Source of the DNA: Candidatus Altimarinota bacterium
GTDB taxonomy: Bacteria > Patescibacteriota > Gracilibacteria > UBA1369 > GCA-2718715
Length of the DNA: 64,000 nt
Direction of reading: 5' to 3'
NCBI GenBank assembly: GCA_041242255.1
Contig: JBESAV010000001.1
Coordinates: 288,001 to 352,000 of the forward strand
Part shown: positions 27,214 through 37,549 of the stretch, piece after piece
How the letters are laid out: every line of letters begins with the position of its first letter
Numbering within the stretch: position 1 is the first letter of the stretch
Made by a program: the position numbers and the translations under genes
Notes under the pieces: model-generated
What the model was told of the DNA's origin: nothing
The model's input: the letters and a program-made list of their open reading frames with translations, nothing else
Database searches by the model: none

Positions 27214-29784
27214 TTAAGGCCTTAAGGTATCGATAACATCCTTTAAATACTGTAGACTTTGTAGAGGAGTAGTCTCATTTATGTTGATATCCTTCATCAT
27301 TGCCTGCAGTTTTATTAATTGTTCGTTTTTATCATCAAACAAGCTAGTTTGTGTTTTATCATAGTTGTTTAAGCTTTTATGCTCACGATTTTTCTGATTC
27401 ATAAATTCTCGCATATAATCTTTACTTCGATTAATCACATCTAATGGCACTCCTGCACTTTCTGCAACCTCTATCCCATAACTTCTATCTATTCCACCAG
27501 GTACTATCTTGTGTAAGAAAATAGGTTTGCCATTATCATCATGAGTAACCGAAATAGAAAAGTTACTTACTCCTTCTATGTTCTCTGCATGCTCAACAAG
27601 TTCATGGTAGTGTGTTGCAAATAAGGTCCTACCTTTTATTTGGTTATTCAAGAAATCTGTTATTGATTTAGCCAGACTCAAACCATCACTCGTCGAAGTA
27701 CCTCGACCAACTTCATCCATAATAATCAAGCTTCTTTCGGTAGCATTGGTCAGTATGTAAGCAGTCTCAGTCATCTCCACCATAAATGTACTTTGGCCTC
27801 TACTTAGGTTGTCTGATGCCCCAACTCTAGAATATATTTGATCAACCACTCCAATTTTGGCTAAACCAGCAGGAACAAATGAACCAATTTGAGCCAACAG
27901 ACAAATCAAAGCATTTTGCCGTAAAAAAGTCGATTTACCACCCATATTTGGTCCAGTTATTATCTGCACATTACAATCACCACCAAACTCACAGTCATTT
28001 GGTATAAATTCATGTTTACCAACTATCTGCTCAATAACCACATGACGTCCATTCTCAATCTCTAAAATATTCTCCTCTACAATCTCTGGTTTACAGTAGT
28101 TTTGAGCTTTAGCTAATTCAGCAAATGAAAAGGTAACATCCAAAAATGAAATCACTTCAGAGCATTTCTGAATCAATGAATCAAATCGCTTCAATTCATC
28201 AAGTAAATCCATATACAAATTATACTCTAGCTCTCTAACTCTATCTTGAGCGTTTAAAACCTTCTCCTCATATTCCTTGAGCTCAGGTGTAATATATCTC
28301 TCACTGTTAGTCAGAGTTTGCTTTCGTATAAAGTAATCAGGAACCTTATCAACCTTTCCTTTTGATACTTCGAGATAATAACCAAAAACCTTATTAAAGC
28401 CTAGTTTTAGCGTACTGATATCATTTTTCTCAGATTCTTCTCTTTGTATTTTCAACAGATAATCTTTTCCGTTCTTTAGTAAATCCCTTAGCTGATCGAC
28501 CTCATCATTAAAACTATCCACAAAAATACCACCTTCACGAATACTAATTTTAGCATCTTCAGACTTAATACATCCCAGTTTTTCTATCATTTTATCAACC
28601 AGAGGAAGCTCATTCAGCTTTTGATCCATTAAAGAGTTCCACCAGATGAAACCCTTCATTTCATTAATTTTCTCAAGAGAATGTCTGATCGCAATCAAAT
28701 CTTTCGGAGAAGCAGTCAAAGCACAAATTCTAGCAAACAGTCGATCTAAATCATAAATTCCCCTCAAGGTGTCGCTAAGTTTCTCAGTTTTATCCATGCT
28801 AAGATCCATAAAAACTTCCACCATATTCTGCCTTTCATTGATTAATTCAATATTCTTTAAAGGCCTCAGCAGCCAACTTCTGAGCTTTCTTCCACCCATA
28901 GCAGTTTTCGTATAATCAATTTTACCGACTAAGCTATTTTCTTTAGAACCATCCATCAAAGTATAAAAAACCTCCAAGTTCATCAAACTAGACTTATCCA
29001 ATTCAAAGTAGTCATCTGACTCACCAAGAGTAATCACCTTTTGTATTGCTCCAAGATTAAAGCCAATCACATTTTTTAGATAAGCTGCAGCAAGCACACA
29101 CGGCTTCAAAGCTTCTTCATCATTTATAAAACTGATTTTTTTATCAAGAGCTTCCAACACTTCAGTAGAGTCCTTAACCAAATAGCGACTTATTAGTACT
29201 CCCTCAAGATTTTTCGAAAAACTATAGAACTCAGGCAAGTCATATAGCTCAGACTGCACAACTATTTCTTTAGCAGTATACTTCACAATAACTGCTTCTA
29301 GATCATCAAAGCTTGAAATGTTCCTTAAAAAAATTTCACCAGTAGAAATATCAACTATACAAGATCTGAGGTCTCCAATCTTTCCATCTAATACTACTAA
29401 AAACTGATTTTCCTTAGCTTCAAGATTTAACTCACTAGTGTTTGTGCTCGGAGTTAAAACCTGTTTAACCTTTCTTTCTACAATTCCTTTAGCTTTAGGA
29501 TCAGAAACCTGCTCGCAAACAGCCACTTTTTTTCCTTTTTGATTAAGCTTAGCTATATAACTTTCAGCTGAATGATAAGGAATACCACACATTGGCAAGG
29601 CATCTTCACCTTTAGACCGAGAAGTTAAAGTAATATCAAGTATACCAGCTGCTTCAACTGCATCATCACCAAACATTTCGTAGAAATCCCCAAGTCGAAA
29701 AAACAAAATACAGTCTTCATACTCAGACTTTATCTCATAATATTGCTTCATCATTGGGGTAAGCTTTTTTCCTGTAGCAGCCAT
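27214..29784 (-). CDS. mutS: DNA mismatch repair protein MutS
   Basis: TPMMKQY, GDFYEMF, GPNMGGKST, DEVGRGTS, ATHYHEL and SYGIEVA; start may be 29784 or 29808. Confidence 0.96.
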   Translation of the reverse strand: MAATGKKLTPMMKQYYEIKSEYEDCILFFRLGDFYEMFGDDAVEAAGILDITLTSRSKGEDALPMCGIPYHSAESYIAKLNQKGKKVAVCEQVSDPKAKGIVERKVKQVLTPSTNTSELNLEAKENQFLVVLDGKIGDLRSCIVDISTGEIFLRNISSFDDLEAVIVKYTAKEIVVQSELYDLPEFYSFSKNLEGVLISRYLVKDSTEVLEALDKKISFINDEEALKPCVLAAAYLKNVIGFNLGAIQKVITLGESDDYFELDKSSLMNLEVFYTLMDGSKENSLVGKIDYTKTAMGGRKLRSWLLRPLKNIELINERQNMVEVFMDLSMDKTEKLSDTLRGIYDLDRLFARICALTASPKDLIAIRHSLEKINEMKGFIWWNSLMDQKLNELPLVDKMIEKLGCIKSEDAKISIREGGIFVDSFNDEVDQLRDLLKNGKDYLLKIQREESEKNDISTLKLGFNKVFGYYLEVSKGKVDKVPDYFIRKQTLTNSERYITPELKEYEEKVLNAQDRVRELEYNLYMDLLDELKRFDSLIQKCSEVISFLDVTFSFAELAKAQNYCKPEIVEENILEIENGRHVVIEQIVGKHEFIPNDCEFGGDCNVQIITGPNMGGKSTFLRQNALICLLAQIGSFVPAGLAKIGVVDQIYSRVGASDNLSRGQSTFMVEMTETAYILTNATERSLIIMDEVGRGTSTSDGLSLAKSITDFLNNQIKGRTLFATHYHELVEHAENIEGVSNFSISVTHDDNGKPIFLHKIVPGGIDRSYGIEVAESAGVPLDVINRSKDYMREFMNQKNREHKSLNNYDKTQTSLFDDKNEQLIKLQAMMKDININETTPLQSLQYLKDVIDTLRP

Positions 29785-29906
29785 GAATTTCACAGATTTA
29801 TAATTCAATCACAACTATGAACTAACAAATAATCGAAGTAAAGTTCTATCACTTAAAAGTATTAGACATTCCCCAAAAACTCCCTCAAAATATTCAAAAA
29901 CAATTC

Positions 29907-31676
29907 ATGCAAAAAATCCAAAAACTCCCAAACGATCTCATAAACAAAATAGCGGCCGGTGAAGTAGTAGAAAGACCAGCTTCAATAGTAAAAGAGCTAA
30001 TAGAAAACTCCCTAGATGCGAAAGCCACACAAATCACAATAATCTTAGAAGAGGGAGGTATAAATAGAATAAAAATAATAGATAACGGTCTTGGGCTAGC
30101 TTCTGACCAACTTCCGCTAGTCTTTGAAAGACATGCAACTTCAAAAATAAACTCACTCCAAGAACTAGAAAATAACTCAAGTTTAGGGTTTAGAGGTGAA
30201 GCACTAGCCAGTACAGCCTCCGTAGCCAAAGTTACCTTCCAAAGCTTCCCAGAAGGGCAAAAGTCAGGTTATCAGATTGACCATAACGGTGAGATCAAGC
30301 CAGTAGCAATAACTAAAGGTACTCACATCGAGATCAGAGATCTATTTTACAACGTACCAGTCCGAAAAAAATATTTAAAAAACACTTCAACCGAGTACAA
30401 ATACTGCCTAAAAGTCATCCAAGAGTATGCACTCTGTCACCCAGAGGTAGCTTTCACTCTTGAACATAACCAAAAAGAAATATTTAGTTATTCCTCTACA
30501 GATAGAATAAATCGAATCACCCAAATCCACGGATCAGACTTTTCAAGCAAGCTTTTACCAGTTTTCTACTCAGGTGCAGATCTAAAGATTGAAGGTTTTA
30601 TTGGAAAGCCCGAGTTAGCAATATCCAAAAAACCAACTCAACACTTTTTAGTAAACGGAAGACCAATCAAAACTAACACTTTCAACTACTCAGTTAAACA
30701 AGCCTTTGGATCCCTAATTTTCCCACAAGAAAAGCCTCAGTTTTTTCTATGGTTAGAGTTAGACCCCAAAGATGTTGATATGAATGTCCACCCTAGAAAA
30801 ATCGAGGCACGTTTCCATTTCGAAGGAATAATTTTCCGCAAGATAATCCGAGCAGTCAAAGACGCCCTCCAAAAAAATGACCTCACCAAAAAGCTAAACC
30901 TCCACAAATCATCAGCTGAAAGCTTTATCCCAAAACCAAACTACAGCACCAGTAAGCACCAGTCTCAATCAATTAGTTTTCCTTCTCATAAGTCTTATAA
31001 CATTCAAGGGAGTAAAGGTTCTTTGATAAATTATTTCAACCAAAACCACTCTCAAAATAGACCAACTCAATCTCTTTCTGACCAAACCCAGAAACCAACT
31101 CTAATGCCTTTAGTCCAAATAGAAAATTCTTACATTCTCTGCCAAAGCCCAAGCGCTCTGGTTATTATCGATCAACATGCAGCACATGAACGCGTTCTTT
31201 ACGAAAAATTCAAAGCCGAAGCAAATTCACAGGAACCAAGATCTCAAGAGTTACTTACACCAATCCAGATCCAATTAAGCTCAACTCAGATTGAAACCCT
31301 AAAGCATTCCACAGAAACTTTCCAAAAGATTGGGTTCAACATATCTGTAATAGGTGAAAATCAAATAGCAGTAACATCCATACCTTTAAAGTTTAGCAAT
31401 AACGACTTAGACACGGTTATCCAAAGCCTACTCAATGACATTGAAGATAATTCTGACTTCCAGAACTTATCTGATATAGAAGATATTGTTATAAACTATG
31501 CCGCCTGCAGGGGAGCCATAAAGTTCGGCCAACCACTCACAAAAGATGAAATGATAGCCCTTATTCAAGAAATGGAAAAAATCCAACATAAACAATACTC
31601 ATGTCCTCATGGGAGACCATCCAAAATAGAAATAACTTTTCAAGACCTCGAAAAGCAATTTAAGCGGACTAAATAA
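29907..31676 (+). CDS. mutL: DNA mismatch repair endonuclease MutL
   Basis: IAAGEVVERP, GFRGEALAS, DQHAAHER, ACR and CPHGRP. Confidence 0.96.
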   Translation: MQKIQKLPNDLINKIAAGEVVERPASIVKELIENSLDAKATQITIILEEGGINRIKIIDNGLGLASDQLPLVFERHATSKINSLQELENNSSLGFRGEALASTASVAKVTFQSFPEGQKSGYQIDHNGEIKPVAITKGTHIEIRDLFYNVPVRKKYLKNTSTEYKYCLKVIQEYALCHPEVAFTLEHNQKEIFSYSSTDRINRITQIHGSDFSSKLLPVFYSGADLKIEGFIGKPELAISKKPTQHFLVNGRPIKTNTFNYSVKQAFGSLIFPQEKPQFFLWLELDPKDVDMNVHPRKIEARFHFEGIIFRKIIRAVKDALQKNDLTKKLNLHKSSAESFIPKPNYSTSKHQSQSISFPSHKSYNIQGSKGSLINYFNQNHSQNRPTQSLSDQTQKPTLMPLVQIENSYILCQSPSALVIIDQHAAHERVLYEKFKAEANSQEPRSQELLTPIQIQLSSTQIETLKHSTETFQKIGFNISVIGENQIAVTSIPLKFSNNDLDTVIQSLLNDIEDNSDFQNLSDIEDIVINYAACRGAIKFGQPLTKDEMIALIQEMEKIQHKQYSCPHGRPSKIEITFQDLEKQFKRTK

Positions 31677-31688
31677 AGCACTTTCAGT

Positions 31689-31773
31689 TTGACTAATCAA
31701 AGTAAAGCGTCTAATATCCACTCACTTTCTGCTCTAGGCAAAGCCTCGGGCTAATCATTTAACCAAAGAAAGC
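31689..31773 (+). promoter_or_regulatory. rpsF promoter and structured 5' leader (S6:S18-leader-like)
   Basis: TTGACT-N17-TAATAT; outer stem CTTTCT (31725-31730) with AGAAAG (31767-31772) next to the ATG; inner hairpin GCTCTAGGC-AAA-GCCTCGGGC. Confidence 0.5.
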
Positions 31774-32325
31774 ATGAAGTACGAATTAATGTACATTTTG
31801 TCTCCATCTCTTACGGAGCAAAAAAGAAACAAGTCAATCAAGCAAATTGATGATATCCTAAAAGAAAACAAAGCTGAAGTTTTCCACGTAGATGACTGGG
31901 GTAAAAGAGACCTAGCCTACACTATCAAAGGAAACAATGAAGCTTACTACATCATTTACTACTTTGACGTAAAAGATGCCTCTTTCTTACCAGAACTAGA
32001 AGAAGAAATGAAACTTGATCCAGGGGTACTAAGACACATCATCATCAAAAGAGATGACAATTTCGAAGTAAAAGATTTCTCAGAAGTTGATGAAGACGAA
32101 AACAAAAGAGATATGTCTCCAGGAAGACTTAAAACAAAGAAGTCACCAATCACAAACGAGAAAGCAATCGACTACAAAAACCTTAAAGTACTTAGACAGT
32201 ACATCTCTAGATACGGAAAAATCGTTGCTAGAAGATATACAAAAGTAAATCTAAGAGAACAGAAAAAACTTGCTAAAAGCGTAAAAAGAGCAAGACACAT
32301 GGCTTTATTACCATTCGTAAGATAA
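31774..32325 (+). CDS. rpsF-rpsR: fused ribosomal proteins bS6 and bS18
   Basis: N-terminal MKYELMYIL...WGKRDLAYTIK...VLRHIIIK (S6), then in frame IDYKNL..LRQYIS..GKI..RR.T...QKKLAKSVKRARHMALLPF (S18). Confidence 0.93.
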   Translation: MKYELMYILSPSLTEQKRNKSIKQIDDILKENKAEVFHVDDWGKRDLAYTIKGNNEAYYIIYYFDVKDASFLPELEEEMKLDPGVLRHIIIKRDDNFEVKDFSEVDEDENKRDMSPGRLKTKKSPITNEKAIDYKNLKVLRQYISRYGKIVARRYTKVNLREQKKLAKSVKRARHMALLPFVR

Positions 32326-32348
32326 TTCTAAACTATTATCGATTCTAC

Positions 32349-32376
32349 AAACCTCTCCCTAAATGAGAGGTTTTTT
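32349..32376 (+). terminator. rho-independent terminator
   Basis: AAACCTCTC-loop-GAGAGGTTTTTT. Confidence 0.8.
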
Positions 32377-32465
32377 GTTGCCAAAAATAAACATTATGCT
32401 GATCTAAGCATATATAGAGACTGAGCGTAGGTTTTTATGTTATAATACTTAGATAACAAATCACT

Positions 32466-32984
32466 ATGAATTCAGAAAAAAATATCAATAAAGCCACCCA
32501 AATAGAGATGAACAAAAAGAAACAAATCATCCTAGAGTGGGAAACAGCTCTTTATACTGAATACGAAAGAGGATTCTGGTGGTATGTAATTGCCTCAGCT
32601 ATCGCAATTGCCACAATAGTTCTTAGTCTAATCTTTGGATCTAAAACCTTTGCTTTAGTTATTTTCCTAATTTCAATTTCGTACCTAATTCTATCTAAAA
32701 AAGAAGTTCCGCATGTCCAAGCTAAGATTACATCGCTTGGTGTGCAATTTGGTGATCAATTCCATAAATACACTGATATTGATTATTTCTGGATAGAAAA
32801 ACATCTACCATCATTCCAATCCCTACATCTTTCAAAATCTAAATCTAAAATAGCAGATATTGAAATTCAATTTTACGATTTTACAGATAAGGAGATTATC
32901 AACACCCTACAAAGGTTTATCCCTTATCATCCCGATAAACATCCAAGCCTAATTGATCACTTAGTCCATATCCTCAAGTTATGA
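32466..32984 (+). CDS. conserved CPR-type membrane protein (DUF5673-like; 2 TM plus small soluble domain)
   Basis: LEW...Y..YERGFWWY, two TM helices, then ITSLGVQFGDQFHKYTDIDYFWI. Confidence 0.65.
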   Translation: MNSEKNINKATQIEMNKKKQIILEWETALYTEYERGFWWYVIASAIAIATIVLSLIFGSKTFALVIFLISISYLILSKKEVPHVQAKITSLGVQFGDQFHKYTDIDYFWIEKHLPSFQSLHLSKSKSKIADIEIQFYDFTDKEIINTLQRFIPYHPDKHPSLIDHLVHILKL

Positions 32985-34504
32985 ACAACGAAATACCAAA
33001 ACTAAATCAACCAGAAACCCTAAAATCAGAAGAAAACTTCGATAAAAATTTCGAACAATTTTTCCTTTCTAATCAGCCATTTCTTCACGAAAAACACGAA
33101 ACCAAATCAGAACTCAAAGCAACCTACGCATCCTTTAATACAAGTATATACCCGTTATTTATTAAGCTATCTCAAGGGAAAGAGAGCTCTGAACAAATTA
33201 CTGAAGAGCTAAATTATTTAGCTAGCCAGGTAATGGCCCAAACTGCACTTGCTTTAGGGTATGATCCAAATCAAAAAATAGAATTAGCTACATCAGATAT
33301 CTTAACTATCAATGCAAATCTAGGCATATTAGTTAAATCAATTCAACAAGATTTGAAATCAGAAAAAAGTTTTTCAGAAATCAAAGAATCTATTAATAGT
33401 TTATTCAACAAAAACATAGACGAAAAAACAAGTAACAAACAAAAACAAGAGTTTATCCAAAAATCTACATCTAATTCCATAGAGGATTTCAACTCACCAA
33501 AAAGCCAGTTGATCCTTTCAACTATGAATGAAGAGGATATCATAACTTTAACTAACCTGCTTCTAAAAGATCCATCTCAAAATCAGCAAAAGATACTACA
33601 CCTTGCTCATAATCTCCCAACTTCAAACCTTACTCTAATTTCTGCTCAGGTTTTAGATAAAGTTAACCAAGATCCTACCAACAAAGCATATCAGGATTTA
33701 TTTCAAAAAATAAACAGCCAAACTTCCCACACAGAGCAAGAGTTTCAAAAAGAATTCACTAAAAACCTAGCCAAAATCGACCCAAAATTCGACTATGGTC
33801 GAGGCTGGGAAGGTTTCTCTCAAAATAGAATCTTCCTTGGAGTAGCATACGTATGGTCAATGATAACCTTCCTAAGTAATCTCTTACAAGCTGGATCACT
33901 AGCTATGGGAAGTGAAAGAAAGAAAAATGCTGGAGTAATCCTTAAGTCTTTAGCCTTAGCCGCTGGTGCCGGAGGAATCATGGGGGTAACTGGAACAGCA
34001 ATATTAACCGGAAAACCCCCTTTAAAAGTAGCCGAAAACTACTTATCTAAGGCCTTTGACTATTTAACTCTTACCAAAGAAGACGTTGATTCTATGAGTG
34101 TACAGGAGACTAAAACCAAGGTTCCACGTTTCCTAGATCAATCAGGTCCATACATTGCGTCTATTTTTACTGATAATGACATCATCCAAGCCTTAACTTC
34201 AACTAATACTCTTATCAATGGAGATGAGCAACTCACTGATAAAAACGCAAACGAGAAACTAAACACTCTTTATGAAGAGATCAGAAAGAAGTCGCCAGAA
34301 AAAGCAGAGTTCTTCAAAAAGAACTATATCAATACTTCCAAAAGCAACTCTCAAAAAGCACTCCTCATAGCTTATTTCCTACAGAAGAGTTACTTAAGAG
34401 AGGGAGTTGGTATAACTACCAGGGATTCATTTATGAGCAAGTTCAAAGAAAATCCAGATAAATATCCAAAAATAGAGGATTTTAAAGCTCTTCAAAATGA
34501 ATAA
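32981..34504 (+). CDS. hypothetical helical protein with central hydrophobic Gly/Ala-rich hairpin
   Basis: 507 aa ORF; ATGA overlap with the upstream gene. Confidence 0.75.
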   Translation: MNNEIPKLNQPETLKSEENFDKNFEQFFLSNQPFLHEKHETKSELKATYASFNTSIYPLFIKLSQGKESSEQITEELNYLASQVMAQTALALGYDPNQKIELATSDILTINANLGILVKSIQQDLKSEKSFSEIKESINSLFNKNIDEKTSNKQKQEFIQKSTSNSIEDFNSPKSQLILSTMNEEDIITLTNLLLKDPSQNQQKILHLAHNLPTSNLTLISAQVLDKVNQDPTNKAYQDLFQKINSQTSHTEQEFQKEFTKNLAKIDPKFDYGRGWEGFSQNRIFLGVAYVWSMITFLSNLLQAGSLAMGSERKKNAGVILKSLALAAGAGGIMGVTGTAILTGKPPLKVAENYLSKAFDYLTLTKEDVDSMSVQETKTKVPRFLDQSGPYIASIFTDNDIIQALTSTNTLINGDEQLTDKNANEKLNTLYEEIRKKSPEKAEFFKKNYINTSKSNSQKALLIAYFLQKSYLREGVGITTRDSFMSKFKENPDKYPKIEDFKALQNE

Positions 34505-35600
34505 TCAATTCTCCACCAGTTTAGCTGAGCTAAGTCTTGCTTACGTAGACCCAAGTCAGAAGTCAAAAGCCTTCCAATGGCTAACCCCAGCCCCATCTTT
34601 CTTAGATGAAACTAAATCAAAAGAGATAATTTCGGAACTACCAGACCAACTTCAGACTCAACTTTTGAGTAATCAAGACCTCATAAATTTTTTCAGAGAT
34701 GATGTTAGAGCCTTCAAACTCTACACTGAAATGCTCCCATCCAATCAGATCCTTTCTGATCAAGATCTAGATGATCACATTACTATTGAGGAGTTTAACC
34801 AGTTCTTTAAAGAAAACTACATTTCTACAGAAGCTTATAAATTACCTCCAAAAAAACTTAAAGAATATCAACCAACCGATCCGAATGGTGAGTCCCAAAC
34901 TTGGGAAAGTTATCTAAGCAAACAAGCCCAACTCCAAGAGTCTTCTCAAAGCACTCAGGTTAAACCAAACTTCAGCTTAAAATATTTTTATACAAACCTT
35001 TTACCATCAAGCAGAATAGAATTTTTAAATGAGAAGCTAAATCCCCAAGAACAAACTTTCCAAACAAACAGTTTTTCGCCATCTCTTCAAGCTAACCTAT
35101 CAGAGTTACCAGAATTAAACACTTTGTCAGAACAACCTAGTCCTCAATTCTCAATAATAAAACAGCCAGCCAGTACTCAGGCTACAACAAACTACTCCAT
35201 CAAGGCCAATCAACCACAATCTAATCTAGAAGTCTCAAAGGAGACAATTTCAAAGGATTTAAATATAACTCAAGACATTGATGTTGGTTTTTCGCAAGCG
35301 CAAGTTCCCATGGTAGAAACTCTCGAACTTCAAAATCAAATAGCTATTGAAAATCAGTCTCAACTTAATAATCTTTCACAATCTAAAGAAACAGCTCAAC
35401 AGAGCCAACAAGCTGGGCCTCAAAATATACAAGACCCCTCAAAAAACAAAATCATCCTACAAAATGCATTAAACCAATCACAAAGCCCACAAAATAGACA
35501 AAAAGGCATAAATTATGCTAAAATAATAGGATATTCATCAGCTGGACTACTAACAACCGGTAGTAGCGCCCTAGCAATATTTAACACCTTATTTGGATGA
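34497..35600 (+). CDS. hypothetical Gln/Ser-rich protein with C-terminal membrane anchor
   Basis: 367 aa ORF ending IIGYSSAGLLTTGSSALAIFNTLFG; overlaps both neighbours. Confidence 0.72.
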   Translation: MNNQFSTSLAELSLAYVDPSQKSKAFQWLTPAPSFLDETKSKEIISELPDQLQTQLLSNQDLINFFRDDVRAFKLYTEMLPSNQILSDQDLDDHITIEEFNQFFKENYISTEAYKLPPKKLKEYQPTDPNGESQTWESYLSKQAQLQESSQSTQVKPNFSLKYFYTNLLPSSRIEFLNEKLNPQEQTFQTNSFSPSLQANLSELPELNTLSEQPSPQFSIIKQPASTQATTNYSIKANQPQSNLEVSKETISKDLNITQDIDVGFSQAQVPMVETLELQNQIAIENQSQLNNLSQSKETAQQSQQAGPQNIQDPSKNKIILQNALNQSQSPQNRQKGINYAKIIGYSSAGLLTTGSSALAIFNTLFG

Positions 35601-37549
35601 GACAAATGTTAAAGAAATTAATCAGCGCAGAAAGTATCAAGATTATTACTTTTCTTGGGTGTGCAATCTTTACTATTTGTTTCACACAAATTGACACAAA
35701 CCACACAGCTTTCGCTCAAAATCAAAATCAAACACAAACTCAGGATGCAAGCAATCAAACTCCAACCGGTGCATCAGTTGATACCGCAACAGCTATTCAA
35801 AATCAAAATTCAATCCTAGCTACATATGACGAAACCCTTCAGTCGGTTTCATCTCTGCTTACTTTTGTTGTAAGAGCTTTCAATTATCTGTTGTGGCCAA
35901 TCCTATTTTTGATAGGTGGTCTCATGGATAACTCCCTGATTTTTGGCCCTGGTGTCGAAGATAGGCTTTACCTTATTTGGAGCCAAATCCGTAACCTAAT
36001 CAACCTTCTCTTTGCTGTAGTTCTGATCGGAGTAGCTATATACAACGTCCTTGGATTAAGCAAAGACGGAAATTACAGCCTTAAAACATTTTTACCAAGC
36101 ATGGTAGTGACTCTTGTTTTAGTAAACTTCTCTTTCTTTGGAGTAAGACTAGCTCTAGATGCTGCTAATGTAGCGACCACAGCCGTATTTGCTTTACCAA
36201 ATGCTGTTGAGCAACAGTTTAGTCCAGAAAGACGACAAACCATTGAAGAAGGGCTTTGTAATAACGAAGCCATCAAAGACATCCAGGATGCTACCAACTC
36301 AACCAACGCCGCTAATCTAACGGAGGCTACTACCAGAATTTGTAATGGAACAATTTTTTCAGAAAACGGTCTAGCTCAGTTCCAATCATTAGATAAAAAC
36401 AACATGGCATTAGTCATGGCAATTTCGTTTAACCGTGTTGCCGATATCCTAGAGCCAAGCCAACTCACGATTTCAAATCCAAGCCTAATTAACCTAGCAA
36501 TAAATCTTTTAATAGTAATCTTGCTGCAAATTGCATACATTTCTGGATTCTTTGCACTCTTCGCAGTACTTGTAGCCCGAGTTATTGCTATGTGGATTGT
36601 TACAATTGCCTCTCCACTTCTAGTCCTAAAGATTGGAATGAGCAAAGCTAACATCCCAGGTATGAGCTTCCTAGATTCAATCGACTTAGAGAAAATGTTC
36701 GTAAAGCATGCAACAGCCCCAATCAAGATCGGTTTAGCCATGAGTGTAGGGTATATGATGCTAGATGTATTCCAAAGTGTTGGATCTCCAAGCTTATACT
36801 TCCCATTAGGTGACGATTTTTCTAACGTATTCTCAGGTGTAAGCAGCATTAACGAGCTTTTCGTAGCTGCGGTTGCTATTGCCATCGTTTGGAAAGTCAG
36901 CTTTGACGCAGCCGATGATACCTTTGCAAGTTCAATCACAAACAAATATAGAAGCTGGGCCCAAGGCCTAGGTCTCCAAGTTAGAGACTTACTAATACAA
37001 AGAACCCCAATTATACCTCAAGCCAGTAGTAAAGAAGGTGGTGGTAAAGCTTTATCTTTAGGGCAAATTGGTAAGGCTCCAAGCAAACTAATAAGTGATG
37101 CTGGTGAAAAATTTGATAAAGTTACAGGTAACAGCAAAGCAAATTCAATCACAGCTAGAAATCTACAAAGTCAGCCTGGTAGAGTTTTAACTGATGCCGA
37201 CTCAAGTAAAATTACTAACCTAAGCAAAAAAGAGACAAGAATTCTGGCAAATGGTATAATGGCTTCAGACGATCCTGCATATAAGAATGCTTTTGATTCA
37301 GCCAATAAAGCCCAAATTACTAGAGGTCTAGAGCAAATCCGTCGAAGAGAAGTCCTTCAGAAAAATGACTATAATGGACTAGATGCACTTATAAAAGAGA
37401 TTAAAGAAAGCAAAGAGGAAGATATGAGTAACTCTCAAGCTTTAGAACGAGCACGAGAATTCTTAAGGAAAGATAGTGAAAAACCTGTCTATAGAAAAGC
37501 TGATTACGATAAGGATTACAAGCGTATAAATTCAGACGATAATGAATAA
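35597..37549 (+). CDS. polytopic membrane protein, VirB6/TrbL-like (CPR type)
   Basis: Signal peptide ending AFA, IWSQIRNLINLLF, LVLVNFSFF and RVIAMWIVTIASPL; many TM segments and a soluble C-terminal tail. Confidence 0.6.
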   Translation: MRQMLKKLISAESIKIITFLGCAIFTICFTQIDTNHTAFAQNQNQTQTQDASNQTPTGASVDTATAIQNQNSILATYDETLQSVSSLLTFVVRAFNYLLWPILFLIGGLMDNSLIFGPGVEDRLYLIWSQIRNLINLLFAVVLIGVAIYNVLGLSKDGNYSLKTFLPSMVVTLVLVNFSFFGVRLALDAANVATTAVFALPNAVEQQFSPERRQTIEEGLCNNEAIKDIQDATNSTNAANLTEATTRICNGTIFSENGLAQFQSLDKNNMALVMAISFNRVADILEPSQLTISNPSLINLAINLLIVILLQIAYISGFFALFAVLVARVIAMWIVTIASPLLVLKIGMSKANIPGMSFLDSIDLEKMFVKHATAPIKIGLAMSVGYMMLDVFQSVGSPSLYFPLGDDFSNVFSGVSSINELFVAAVAIAIVWKVSFDAADDTFASSITNKYRSWAQGLGLQVRDLLIQRTPIIPQASSKEGGGKALSLGQIGKAPSKLISDAGEKFDKVTGNSKANSITARNLQSQPGRVLTDADSSKITNLSKKETRILANGIMASDDPAYKNAFDSANKAQITRGLEQIRRREVLQKNDYNGLDALIKEIKESKEEDMSNSQALERAREFLRKDSEKPVYRKADYDKDYKRINSDDNE

